NCBI GenBank assembly: GCA_013239625.1
Contig: MU053629.1
Location: 1,205,567-1,269,566 of the forward strand
DNA from: Lama guanicoe
Lineage: Eukaryota
Direction of reading: 5' to 3'
DNA: 64,000 nt
Shown here: positions 24,626 to 37,738 of the stretch, in pieces
Layout of the letters: every line of letters begins with the position of its first letter
Numbering within the stretch: the first letter of the stretch is position 1
Program-made: the position numbers and the translations under genes
The notes under the pieces: model-generated
Told to the model about the DNA's origin: nothing
What the model saw: only the letters and a program-made list of their open reading frames with translations
Database searches by the model: none

Positions 24626-26734
24626 GAGCGACTCAGCCCCAAACACATGATGTCATCGTGTGGGGTGGGGGTGGAGGGGAGAACGCCCTGCCTACAGCAG
24701 GTCTGGCGCCCCAGTTCCAAGGTGAGTCCTAACCCTGCCTTGAGCCGCGCTCCGCGGGGCAGTGGCCCGAGCGCTCCTCCGGTCGCGGCTGACCTGGGAA
24801 GCCAGTTCTCCGTGGGAGCCGCGGGCAGGCGTGCAAGAGAACCTCCTGCCGCTGCCCGATTGGAAGGGGTGCACGTAGGGACTCGCTTCCGTGGCCACAG
24901 CCTTGGTGTGTCACTGCCCTTACTGAAAAGCCCCCTAAGTACAAGGCCATATGGACAGAATCCTCCTTCTGGGCACCGATTGTGTGCCTGCCTGGACTGG
25001 GCACACCTTAGCGACTGGACAGGACAGCTGGGCTGGCTGCGCTCAAATTTAGAATTTCTGCAGATTGTACAATGAGTCCTGATAAAGTCATACCTTTGAA
25101 ATTTAGAGGGAAAGAAATCAGTAGGTAGATATCACAGTGGGCGTATACTGTGAAGTAGAAATAGATGTACAGATAGAGTAAGTAGATAAAATAAAACAGC
25201 TTTACTAAGCAATTAGACTTTCCCCTCATATCAGGTACGTAGACAAGGCTCATACTAGTTCATAATATCCATCATTCTCTAGGAAAGCTGGTGTTTTGAG
25301 GGGGTGCCTTCTCTGGGGTAGCAGCAAAAAAAGGGACTCACATGTTTAGTGAGTGCCTACTCCGTGCCAGGCTCTGTACTAGGCATTTTGCATCTTGGTT
25401 TAGATCAGTGTCTGAGTTCTGCTTCCAGTGCATATTGTCATTACCTGTTGCTCATTTCTGCCCACTTTCCCCACATAGCAATGTTTTTAATATGTGTGTA
25501 CGAACATCTAGGGCCATACACACGTGGCTCTGATCCTCTTCGTATTCAGCTCATACTCGATTGTTTAGTCAAAGGTCTCATTACCCTGCTGCTCCCAGTG
25601 CTCACTAAATCTTCCTGCTGCTGCTGCTCCCCCTTGCTGTTCCCCCCACCACCCTGGTCATTTGTGTTTCCGGCCTCCCTGGGTCCTCTGAACGTGTCTG
25701 CATGGCTCCCGGTGCTGGGCTCTGTTTCCTTCCGGTTCTGCGACCCTGCCTGTTCTCTTGGCCCCCTGGTGCCTACAGGCATTGCTCAGATCACATGGTC
25801 TGCTGACTGGTGCCCACCCCCAGCCCTGGTGCATGATGCCTGGTTTGGTGAACTGGCCCATCCTGCCCTCTTCTCTTGGCCACCAGTGGCCTGACCGGCT
25901 CTCACCTCTCTCAGGTCTGCGCTGACCCTCAGCCCAAGTGGACCCTTAGTGACCAGGGAAGCCACTTGTCTATGGTGGCTGTGGAGGTATAGACCAGCTT
26001 TTCTGCTGAAAGCCACCAGGAAGCACATGCCACTCACATTTCAAGAGGGGCTACTGTTCTGTCCCTATCTGCTCAGCTATTGTGTGGGTAAATAAAGGGC
26101 TTTGAAGTCTTTTTAAGGAAGTAGTTATGAAGACAACCCTGTTACAAGCACTTTCAGACTGCGGTAGGCTTAAGGATGACCTTTTTTGCCTGCAACTCCG
26201 GATGAAGAGCCATGCCTCCGGGGTGGTGAGCTCTCGCTTCCCTGTGGCTCTTAAGACACTCGTGTTTAATTTGACATCAAGGGATTTAGAAGATGAAATA
26301 CCCTAGAGAAACACGGGAGACTGGGGTGGAGCCACTGCAGATTGAGGGATGCACACCATGGAGGTGAATTCACTCACCCCGCCTCTCACGGCTACTTTAA
26401 GGGAAACTGAGCCGGGCACACACAGTTCGTTACTCCCACTCCACGTGTTTTCCCTTTATGTCAAGTCCAATTTCTCCTTGAACATGCACCTCTCCGGGTT
26501 CCCCAGGGATTCCCAGAGATGGAGAAATGAAAAAAAGGGAGAAGGTGGATTTAATAGAGGAGTGAGGCAAGACTGTGAGCTGGGTCTGAGGAAGAGAAAG
26601 GAGAGGGTGGGAGTGTTTACTGCATATCATCTTGATCAGAGACCTGGTTAATTAGTAGACAGTGGATAGCAATTCAAAGGGAATTGAGAATATAAATGGA
26701 GACACAATTGCCTTAAGTACTTTGAATGAATTTT

Positions 26735-27115
26735 TTTCCTTCTAGTTTTATTGAGCTATAATTGACGTGTAGCACTGCGTAAGTTTAAGGGGCACAGCAT
26801 AATGATTTGATTTACACACATCATGAAGTGAATGTCACAGTAAGTTTAGATGAACATTGTCTGATAAATGTACAAAACAAAAAGAAGAAAATATTTTTTC
26901 CTCGTGATGAGAACTCTTAAGATTTACGCTAACAACTGTCACATATAATGTTATGTTGTACATTACATCCCCAGTACATATCTTATAACTGGAAATGTGT
27001 GCCTTTTGACTGCCTTCTTCCAATTCCCCCACCCCTACCTCTAATAACCAGAAATCTGATCTTTTTCTATGAGTTTGTTTGTTTCTTTACTTGTTTGAAG
27101 TATAACTGACCTACA
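26735..27115 (-). mobile_element. L1 3' UTR fragment
   Basis: agttttattgagctataattgac...aagtttaagg...gatgagaactcttaagattta..., similar to the L1 3' UTRs at 17.7-18.0 kb and 37.7-38.0 kb. Confidence 0.75.
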
Positions 27116-30100
27116 GAGTGATTTTTTTTTGTCTTAGGGGATCAGAGGAAGAAGCAGCAAATGAATGAATGACCAAGTTTCTAAAATATTGAAGCTGAGT
27201 ATCAAGCCTCCTTCTCCCACCCTCGCGAAAAACAGCACAAACCTAACCAGCCTAAGACCCCAGCTCTGGGAACCCCCTCTTCCAGAGGCTTCCTGAGGCC
27301 TGTGTGACTGAACGCATGCAGACTTGCTTTGCCATCAGCAGATGGGGCAATTGTCAGCCAATGAATAGCCTATTGCTCAATAGATTAGAGTGGAAAGTGG
27401 GCCTTCACCGCTCAAAAGGTGGCACCAGGCCACCAAACGGCACGCCCAGATGAAAGGCTCCAGGGAGCAGAGCTCCTCTAAAATGTCACCATCTGGACTG
27501 ACACGAGGGTGAGGCTGATGAGTCAAAGAGCAGGGGCGTGTGGAGGAGAGGAACGCAGGAATCGGTGTCAGGAGGCCTGGACTGAAGTGCCTGCCCCACC
27601 GCTTACTGGATGGACTTGACAGCGGTGCGACCTCTCTGAACTTCAGCTCCCTCATCTGTAAAGTGCAGATGGTCATCTCCGCCCCTGCGACATCCACAGA
27701 GCTGATATATCGCTGGAATGAGATAAGGTGGGTGGAAGCTTCTCTGCTCATTCATTCGTTCACCCTTTACGCACCAGGCACTGTGCGAGGCATAGTCCCT
27801 GCTCTTGGAGAGTGTGTACACAGAAGACAAATAATCTCATAATTGACTGCGTAACTATGACTGTAATAAGTTTGCTGGAAGGCTAACGTCCAACCAGGAG
27901 GGACCCACTGGGGCCGTGACGGAAAACGTCCCCGGTGTAAGGAGTAGAGTCTGTGACTTCACGCACCTTTGAAATGCGCAGCAAATACCAGGCTCTTCCT
28001 TCTCAAAGCTGGCGCCGCTTGGCAGTATTTTTCCTTTACATAAGCTAAGCGTTGGCCTTTCAGGTACAAGGGTTAGAGTATAGGTTTTTATTTTTTTATT
28101 TTAAAAAAAAATGTATTATTGCACAGATTCACGACGCTTGAGCGGCAGAGAATCAATTGTCAGCTAGATGATTCTGTGTCTCCAAGACCCAGGCAGGCTC
28201 TTTCCATGGCTATCCCAACAAATGCCTCAAATGGGGACGTTGTATTTCTGGATCCCTCTGAGAGGTGGATTCTCTGGGTTTCCAGATGCTGTGTTTGTTG
28301 ACTCGTTGGCCAGGGGCACAGCGTGCCACTGCTGGCAATCAAATAACGCTCTGCTCGGGAGACAGCTGTGTCCTTCTCCCCGAGCACCGTGGGGATACTG
28401 AGGGACCCTGCGCTCTGGCCACTGGGTAGAGCATCTTCCCAAATGAGACACAAGGAACTGAGACCACAGAGCTTTGACTCGAATATAAGCCAACCACATA
28501 GTTCCTTGTTATACTGAGGAGCTCTACTTTGACCAGGGAAACCGTGGAGGGAGGGAGAGGGAAGGAAGAAGGAAGGAAAAGGCCAGGGGGTTTCCTTTGC
28601 CTGGGTGGTGGCTGAGGGAACGTCTAGGGTACAACTTGCATGGACCCACTGATCCCAGTGCAGATGTCTAGGTCTTTGAAAATACCGTCACTTGTGTAGC
28701 TTTCTCACATCTATTTCTTCACTTCTGCAGCCATGGGTTAGACTCATGACCCCTGTGTGAACCCTAGCTCCCCTGCTCAGTTTCAGGCAGGATCGGGTGG
28801 AGGGCAATGTGACCCACAGGAAAGAAAGGCGGACTCGTGGCTCTGCCAGGAACCAGCCCTGGGCTCTTAGCAAGTCTCTAGCCTGGTATGTGCCTCTGTT
28901 TTCTGATCTGTAAGTCAAAATAAGAATATCTAACCCCACACAGGGTTGAGGGTGTAGGGTAAGACCATATATGTGAGAGAACTTTGGAAAACAAACATTT
29001 GCTGTGCACAAGAAATTCCTGAGAGTGTGCTTGAAATAAGAAAGAAAAAAAGAAAGGAAGCCGACTTAATCTCAGCCTTGGTTTACTAACCTAAGAAAGC
29101 GAAATCTGGGGTCCAACAAGGGACCGAACGTTCTTACGTAGCCCCTGCCATGGTAACTGGTGACTCTGGTCCAATTACTTGTCCACGAAATCCTTCAGCT
29201 GCTTCTTTTGTAGAGTTGGGAATAATGGCTTGCCATCGGGACTTGTATAAAGCACTCTGCGTGGTCGATTAAAAAAACGACAATCAAAATCCTACGCACA
29301 CGGAAAGGTAGCATTTTAAGTGAAAATGAACCTTGGGGTGATATGTTTTACCTCTTTGCAGGTAAATCATTCTGAAAACCATAGTTAGCTGACACCGAGA
29401 TCGCTTAGGAGACATAACTAGACTATAATAGCTTAAGGTTTCTCTTATCCATCTCTCATTTCACACCGGCCGGTTGGATCCACTCTCCTCTAACCCCACA
29501 GCTTTGGCCCAGATCCTGTTCTTCTTGCTCTCCTGCTGAAGCATTTTCCTCTCTCACCCCTGTCTTTTAAACTAAAATGCAGTCAGAGACCACATTCCAG
29601 CAAGCTCACAGGTGCCAATCTAAAGCTAATAGTCCTGATATCAATTCTGATGTCTCCTGCCCAGGGTTAGGGAGGCCAGACGGTCTAGGGGAAAGAGCTT
29701 TGGCATCCTGCAAACCTGGACTTGGAAACTCAGCTCCACCACTCACCACCTGTGTGATCTTGAGCAGGTCACTTACCCTCTCTGAGTCTTAGTTTCCTAC
29801 TTTTTAAAGAGGTGAAGGCCACAGAGTAAGTGTACCCCAAAGAGCAGTAGGGAGGAATAAATACCATGAGCTAGGCACGTGAAGGACCTATCACCATGGT
29901 ACGTAATAAACACTGTATAAATGTAGTTCTCTGCTGTAGAAAGGTCTTGACTGGCTGAAGGGGCACTGTTCCACCCCATAGTTTCTAGTTTGGGCAGCCC
30001 CACCAACTTCCCTGGTTTGAGCAATCACACCAAACTCCATGAACCCTAAGAGAAGAATGAGTGATTTTCAAGCATCACTCTCCCCGCAATTCTGAACACT

Positions 30101-31657
30101 GGCCTTTCAAAGAACGTAGCTTGTGTCATAACAAGCCAGTCTCCCCACTGAAGCAATGATGCCTTCTAAGCCAGTAGACTCAGAACCGCTTGACCACAGG
30201 AAATGCCCAATCACTGGAGTCCTGGGGCTGGGAGGTTTTCCTGTGCTCAGAGATGCCACGTACTATTGGAATAAGCTGGTCATTTCCTCTTGCCTGGATC
30301 CTCCAGTTCTCTGCAATTCCGGGAATTCATGAGCTGATCCCTCACTTCAGTTCCTTTCAAAGCAAACTTGCAGGCAACCCCCAGATGCCTGTATTTCAGT
30401 TTGCATTCTTCTCCCCTGGTTATGGATTCTGTCCCTCGGCCAGCTGGACTTTGCACACTGAGCTGGGTTACCTCGTTTCATCTCCCGTGCCTGACAGAGA
30501 GCTCAGGAGGCTGGAAGCCTGGGGCCGGTGACACTGCCGGCCTCGTGGCATGGACAGGTGAAGACCAGCAGCCTTCCCCGCAGACTATTCAGGTTGAGTT
30601 GCCTCTCTGGCCAGAAGCCAGCTCTGGCAAGGATTCAGCTTCCTCTCAAGCCCTGAGAAAGAGCTCAGGTGTATCTGGGGACCAGCAGAGCAGGTAGGCA
30701 GCCACGGCTTAATAAGTCTCTCCCCTCCAGCATACAGAACAAGAGAGAGCTCCCTGTGGAGAGGCTGCATGGCCCGCCCACTGAGACGAGTAAAGAAATC
30801 TTACCTATGCACTACTTTTTAATGCCCATCCCACTCCCCATCCTTGATATAAGTTTGGGGCTCGCTTTGTAGTACAGGAAATGACAACTAAATTACTCCT
30901 GTCTGCATCCTAGCTCTTTAACACAGAGATGCAAAGCTTCACTTTGATATTACACATCCCTGTTCTCTCTACTCGACAGGGTTTTGTGGGTGGTAGGAAT
31001 GATGACAAGATCCAGTGACAGTCCTTAAAAGACGTTCCAAGAATCGGAAGATGAAAACTCTGAAACTTGGGCTGGCTCTTCAAATTCCGTTTCCTCCGAA
31101 GGGATGAGAAGGGGAAATGCCTCCAACACCGGCCGTTCCCATTTTTATCGTAGACTGTGGCACTTAATTCCAATGAGAGTTTGTAAAATTCTTTTGAGCT
31201 GTTTAGGAAGGGCGCTATCCTCCGAAATTACAAAGTGCGATGATGCTTGTAACTGCTGAGCTGCTTGTGTTTAGTGGAGGCATCAGGTATGTCTGTGATA
31301 CGAAGGGTCCCTGAGCTAATTCCACCTCCAAGAGAAAAAAACAAGTTAACACAGGCCCCGTTCACAGGAAAGAAATCAATTCAGAGGCAGTGAATTAGAG
31401 AAACGCCATCATAACACGGGTCTCCTGTAACTGGCTGTCCACAGAAGGAAAGTGGGGAGAAGCGGGGAAGAGGGCAGAGAAAAGGCATGGAAGAGTTCTA
31501 ACTCGTGGCCGTCGCCCAGGCAAAAGGGAGATGAAGGACGTGAAAGACGGCGCCGTGGCTTCCACCTGGGGGGTGAGAAGCAGGGCGGTCTTGTGAACGT
31601 TCAATGTGGAGGGTCTGATGCTGCACAAAGCATGCCAGCCAAGACTGGAAATGGAAC

Positions 31658-31878
31658 TTTTTTTAAAAAAATTGAAATATAGTTGATTTACAGTATTAGT
31701 TTCAGGTGTACAATGCAGGAATTCAATCCTCCACTTAAAGTTGTTATAAAATATTGGCTCTATTCTCTGTGATGGACAATATATCCTTATAGTTTATTTA
31801 TTTGATATATTACTGTGTTTGTGCCTCTTAATCCCCTACCCCTATCTTGCCCTTCTCCCCCTTACCTTTAAAGTTGTT
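31658..31878 (-). mobile_element. Short L1 3' end
   Basis: ttgaaatatagttgatttac...; perfect 12-bp TSD tggaaatggaac (31646-31657, 31879-31890). Confidence 0.85.
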
Positions 31879-33675
31879 TGGAAATGGAACCTTAAACATT
31901 GAGTTAGGACAGGAAAACATCTCAGCCAGTTGACTTTTATATACAAAGCTATTTAGAGGGAATTTGTAAAGGAAAAAAAATTGCCCACTCCTCCATCCTA
32001 CCTGACAATAACTTCATTACTACACGTTCCATTTTTATTCTTGTCCATGTCAACAAAAAATATTTACCAATTTACCACCAAGTAAATATACTGTATTTTG
32101 TGTACTCCTTTTTCAAAACTAACATTGGATCATAAGCTTATTTCCCCATTTCTGCATAGTCTTAATAAAATTTTAATGTCAACAACATTCTAAGGCAATG
32201 TTAAGTCCTGAAGCTTGGGAAGACTAGCGATTTAAAACAAGGAGTCACGTTTCTTAAGTGACTTCCTCAAGAAGGTCAGGAAACCCCTTAGAAAGCAATA
32301 AAGATACAATGTGACAGATTCAGATAAATATGTCAGCGGGTAGATTGTCGATAAGTCAGCAGCTTGATGGCTTTGGGGCCAACGGGGGAGGTGAGTGCAT
32401 ACAGTCTGCTGGCCGTGTGGGGGAAGTGAGCCCCTAGGATGGGTCCAAGTTCGCAGCCCAGCGCAGAGCTGGCCACGGTGCGTGACAGCGAGTCTTCATT
32501 CTAAGTTTACTGCTGAGCAGCGTTTTATGAGTGGTCCTTCTAAAGAAGCTTCCAGGCCTCGGAGCTCCTAGAAGAGCCCAAGAGCCATGACCAAGTATGA
32601 AGATACTCAATGAAGGGAAAGGTCTGGGGAGTCGTCAGAGCTGGACAGCCACGAGGGACATTGCATTCCTCGTCCCACTGCTAGGTGGCTGCCCGCCATC
32701 CTCGCATTCACTTTGCTCTGCCTGTGCTCTCTTCTTCTCCATTTTATCTACTCCTTCCCCTTGACCTTTCTCCATCCTTCAGCCTGAAGAATCTCTGGGC
32801 GATGCTCTTCCAGCCTCGCAGAGTCAGTGCTGTCCCGGGGAACCTGAGGCCCAGGTCGGGGACAAAGAGGTCAGACCTCGCAGTGGGAGCCACTAGGGTG
32901 GAAGGAAGGTTCCAGGAAACAAGATCCCCATTTTAATTGTTACATTTCTGTATTGTTTGTGGTTTTTTTATAGAGCAGTTCTGTGACACATTAAAACAGC
33001 TGAATGAGTTAATTTTTTTAAAAATTGAATGAGGCAAATATTTGCTTTTTTAAGAGGAAGAAAAGCGACAGACTTAAGGAGAGGGGGCTGTCAGGGTGCC
33101 AACAGCAGCAGCAGAAAGGTCACGAATAGTGAGCGCAGAGACAAGGTCTCAGGCAACAGCTGGTCCTTAGTGCCTCCGAGAAATCTGGTGCTGCAAACAG
33201 AGAGTGAACAGGAACTAGAGTGAGCCGCGGAAAAGAACTCCGAGAGGCGAGAAAGAGAGAGTGATGAGAAGGCATGAGTCACTTAGAAACGTTAGCAGGG
33301 AGGACAGGGAGGGAGAGCAGGAGTAGAAGGAGCCCTGAGGGTTTGGGAAACTTGAGGCACACGAGAGAACAGGGGGAGCTCCCAGCGCTGATGGGAATGC
33401 GCCAGATGGAGGAGAGCTGGAAAAGAAGGGACCACGACGAGTGAGGGGAGAGCAGGTAAGGGGCACTGTGGAAAAACACTTAGGATTTTTGAAAACCGTT
33501 TATTACGGAAATTTTCCAAATACCTATAGAAGTAGAGAGTACAGTCATGGTGAACCCCCATGTACCCATCATCCAGCTTTAACAGTGATTGACTCGTGAT
33601 CCACCTTGTTTCATCTCTACCCATCACCCCTCCTCCAGGTTATTTTGAAACAAATTCAAGCCATCACATTATTTC

Positions 33676-33855
33676 AGTGGTTGTCATCTTGAGTGTGTGT
33701 CAGAATCCCCGGAGGGGCTTCTTAATATAGATTGCTGAGCCCCACCCCAGAGTTCTGATTCAGTAGGTGTGGAATGGGGCTGAGAATTTGTATTTTTAAT
33801 GTTTCCAGGTGATACTGATGCTACAGATCCAGGGGCCACATTTTGAGAACTACTG
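33676..33855. mobile_element. MER5A (near full length)
   Basis: cagtggttgtca...cagaatccccggagggg...ccccaccccagagttctgattcagtagg...ttttgagaactactg with terminal inverted repeats. Confidence 0.8.
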
Positions 33856-33899
33856 TGTTAATTCACATGCACGAATTTCTCTTTTGAAAAGAATTCCCT

Positions 33900-34012
33900 C
33901 GGTGGAGGGTAGAGCTTAGTGGTAGAGCACATGCTTAGCATGCACGAGGTGGTGGGTTCAATCCCCGGTACCTCCATTAACCAAGAAAAAAAAAAAGTCA
34001 AGGAGCACCCAA
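33900..34012 (+). mobile_element. tRNA-derived SINE (Vic-1 type)
   Basis: SINE body with A-tail; TSD aaaagaattccct / aaaaggattccct. Confidence 0.88.
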
Positions 34013-36309
34013 AAAAGGATTCCCTTTCTTAAAACATAATCACACTGTTATCATCACTCACAAAAATCAAAAATAATTCCTTAACATCACATTTTCTTTA
34101 TCGTCTTCTTGATGGTTTTACTAAGCATTCCTTTGAATTAGGCTCCAAACAAGGTCCAGTAGGTTAGTACATCTCTTTAAACCCTTTTGACCTATCGGTA
34201 GAATTTGAAATGGTAGCGTGAGGAATCCCTTGAGCAGTAGCACAGAGACACGCAGGTGTGTGTTGTGCAAAGAGCACGAACTTGGGGTCTGAATCCCACT
34301 CTCCCACTTACTAGCCGAGAGAGGTTGGACCTGAATCTGAGATGCAATCTCCTTATTTGTAAAATGAAGGTCATCAGCCTATCTCAAGGAAAACGTGGGA
34401 GAATTATATGCAAATTAAGCCTGTGGCGTGGTGTCTGATACACAGTAGGGCAAAGGAATCAGAAGACATGGGTTTGTAGAAGCTCCATGACCTTGGGCAA
34501 GAACCTAACTTCTCTAAGTTTCAGTTTCCTGATCAATAACAAAATGGAGCTAATGATAGTCCCTATTTTATAAGGTTGTGAATGAGCTAATGGGTGTGAA
34601 CATCTTACACACAGTATCCAGTGTGCAGTAAGCACTCAAATTTTCTGTTATTATGAAAACGCCAGTTACTATCAGGAGCACAGTGAATGTTGCTTTTCCT
34701 CCCCCTGAGTAGGAACGCCTTCTTAGAGTCCTGATTTTCAAAGTGATGGATTGGAAGATCCTAGATCACGAATTTTTGTTTCTTATTTCTTAGTTCACTT
34801 AATTGCAACCTCGTCCTCCCGGGTGCCCAAGTTAGAAGCTCTGGGGGTCAGCTTGGACTCCACCCCACATTCAGTGTATCATTCGTTATAAATGGTCCAC
34901 CTTTGGGGAACTTCTGGGATCCCAAACAGAATCAGAGACCCCAACAGTGCCTGGTCCATAGTAGGTCCTTAGTCAGCACGGACTGTCTGTTTTTACTTCC
35001 GTTGCTTCTGCACTGCTTCTGACCCCTGTCTTCCCCCACCTGTACGGCCCCATCACGTCTCCACTGGCCTCTCCCACCCTGGCCTCTCCTACTCCATCCA
35101 CCCTGGAAGAGTGACATACTCTGTTTTTCCCCCTCATCCTCTCTCCTTCCCGCTTTCCCCCTTTCTCTTCTGGCTGAACTGCAGTGAGCGCAGTTTACGT
35201 CTCACACATCATCCGGCTGTATACCGAGCCGCTCTTGTTTATCTTTCCCCATCTTTATCCCTGACCCTTCTGTTTCTCTCCTTCCCATGGGCACCTTGCT
35301 TCAAGTTGCACCACTGCCTCCTGTCGTGAAGCTAGGAGAAGTTGCTTTCTCCCCTGGATAGGCACCAACTGACAAATCCAAGGGGCTCGGTCACGTGGAC
35401 TAGCCCCTCTCAGTACCCCTTGGTGCTGTGCTCTTAGCACATCGTTTAAATGCCGCCAGCTTTTTGTAGCGGGAAGTTGAGTTCAGTTCTCTCTGGACTC
35501 GTCTTCCCTATCACAGTAGTTGCTGAACAAAAGCCGTCCTCGCCGCTTTAACCGGTGTCTGGCTTTGTGTGTCTGTGACATGCCCTGGAATAGCTCTACC
35601 CATTTACTTTCCCACCAGATGAGCAGAAGTTTGCTTCCCTACCACCTTGCCGAAGTTTCATGTTACCTAATTTTGCCAGCCTCATGGGTGAAAAGAGATC
35701 TTTCTGTTGTTTTAATTTCCATTTATCTAATAACTCGTGAAGTTGAGCGTCTATCTAATAACTAGCGGAGCTGAGCGAAATAGTGGGTTATTTTCTTGTG
35801 TGAATCACCATTCATATTCCTTGCCCGTTTTTCTACTGGGCTCTCTGTCTTATTCTGATTGATTTGTAGGATTTTCTTTTTCTTTTTTTAACACCTTCTG
35901 GTTCCTGCACAGTAAACTACACATATTTCATATGTACAATTAGATGACTTTTGATAGATGTCTACCCCATGACACCGCCACCACAATCAAGGCAGCAGGC
36001 ATTTCCATCACTCCCCAAGGGGGGCAATTTTCGAGCTCCCAATTTGTCCCTTCCCACCCCATTGCCTCCCAATAACCATAAGTTTGTTCTCTACATCCAT
36101 GAATCTAGTTCTGTTTTGTAGATAAGTTCATTTGTATCCTTTTTTTAAGATTCCACGTATAAGTGATGTCATGTGGCATTTTTCTTTCTCTTTCTTATAT
36201 ATTCTAGATAACAATCCTTTGCTGGCTTTAAAAGTGTCAAATGTTTTTTCTCAGGTTTTCACCTGTCAGTTGATTTTGGTAATGATACTCATCATTATCA
36301 TTAATTGTT

Positions 36310-36446
36310 TTTGCCTATTTTTAAAAATATTGGGGGGAGGGGTAATTAGGGTTATTTACTGATTTTTTGATGGAGGTCCTGGGGATCGAACCCAGGACCT
36401 GGTGCATGCTGAGCACGTGCTCTACCACTGAGCTACACCCTCCTCT
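36310..36446 (-). mobile_element. tRNA-derived SINE (Vic-1 type)
   Basis: ggaggtcctggggatcgaacccaggacc...gctctaccactgagctacaccctcc. Confidence 0.85.
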
Positions 36447-36786
36447 CCTCGTTATCATTTTTGACATAGTCAAATTCCTCCATTTTTTTGGTCTATGGTT
36501 GCACTTCTTAGGTCTTTTTTTTAATCCTTCCCCACTTTTAAGATCATAAATATACTCTCCTCTATATATTTATAGTTATTTGTTCTGTAGGCTTGCCTTT
36601 CACATTTATATCTTTAATGCATCTGAAGTTCACCTTTGCTTGTGGTGTTAGAATAATGTAGTGTTTTATTATATGGCATTGTAGTAAAACAGGGCAAGTG
36701 CTTCCTCTTTGCTTTTTTCTCAGAATGACCCAACTAATTGTGGACTTTGGTTTTATTCTTCCACATAAATTTTTGAATATGCTTTT

Positions 36787-37696
36787 TTATTGAAGTATAG
36801 TTGATTTACAATGTTGTGTTATTTTCTGGTGTACAGCATAGTGATTCACGTATATATATATATTCTTTTTCCTTATAGGTTATTACAAGCTACTGAATAT
36901 AGTTCCCATTACTATATACCATAGGACATTGCTGCTTATCTGTTTTTTTATATAGTAGTTTGTATCTGCTAATCCCAAACTCCCAATTTATCCCTCCCCC
37001 CACCACCCTTTCCCCTTTGGTAACCATAAGTTTGTTTTCTGGGTCTGTGAGTCTATTTCTGTTTCATAAATAAGTTCATTTGTGTTATTTTTTTAGATTC
37101 CACATATAAATGATGTCATATGGTATTTGTCTTTCTCTGTCTGACTTCACTTAGTATGACCATCTCTAGGACCATCAGTGTTGCTACATCCTTTTTTATG
37201 GGTGAGCAATAATCCTATATATATATATGTGGTGTGTATATACACATACATACCACAACTTCTTTATCCAGTCATCTGTCAATGGACATTTAGGTTGTTT
37301 CTGTGTCTTGGCTGTTGTAAATAGCACTGCTATGTACATTGGGGCACGTGTATCTTTTCCAATTAGAGTTTTCTCTGGATATATGCCGGATATATAGGAG
37401 TAGGATTGCTGGATCGTATAATGACTCTATTTTTAGTTTTTTAAGGAATCCCCATACTGTTTTCCATAGTGGCTGCACCAAATTGCATTCTCACCAGTAG
37501 TGTAGGAGGGTTCCCTTTTCTCCACACCATCTCCAGCATTTATTGTTTGCGGACTTTTTAGTGATAGCCATTGTGAGCTGGTACGAGGTGATACCTCATT
37601 ATCGTGTTTATTTGAGTTTCTCTGATAATGAGTGATATTGAGCATCTTTTCATGTGCCTGTTGCCCATTAGTATGTCTTCACTGGAGAAATATCTG
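36787..37696 (-). mobile_element. 5'-truncated L1
   Basis: ORF2 peptide [31 protein letters not shown] tttgaatatgctttt (36772-36786, 37697-37711). Confidence 0.92.
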
Positions 37697-37738
37697 TTTG
37701 AATATGCTTTTTTTTCCTGCCTCGAAAAATGTGTTGGA

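Larger units (their letters stand above)
24300..24900 (-). promoter_or_regulatory. CA12: CA12 CpG-island promoter and 5' UTR
   Basis: Very high GC and CpG density around exon 1. Contains a TATA-like CATAAAA (minus, 24625-24619), implying a TSS near 24590, plus CRE/ATF-like TGACATCA (24655-24648), a G-run tract (24662-24679), CCAAT (24863-24859) and TACGTG (24877-24872). Boundaries approximate. Confidence 0.85.

Noticed and set aside
24446..25075. 209-aa plus-strand ORF and other ORFs over the promoter
   Set aside because: CpG-island artefact from stop-codon depletion; no domain similarity.
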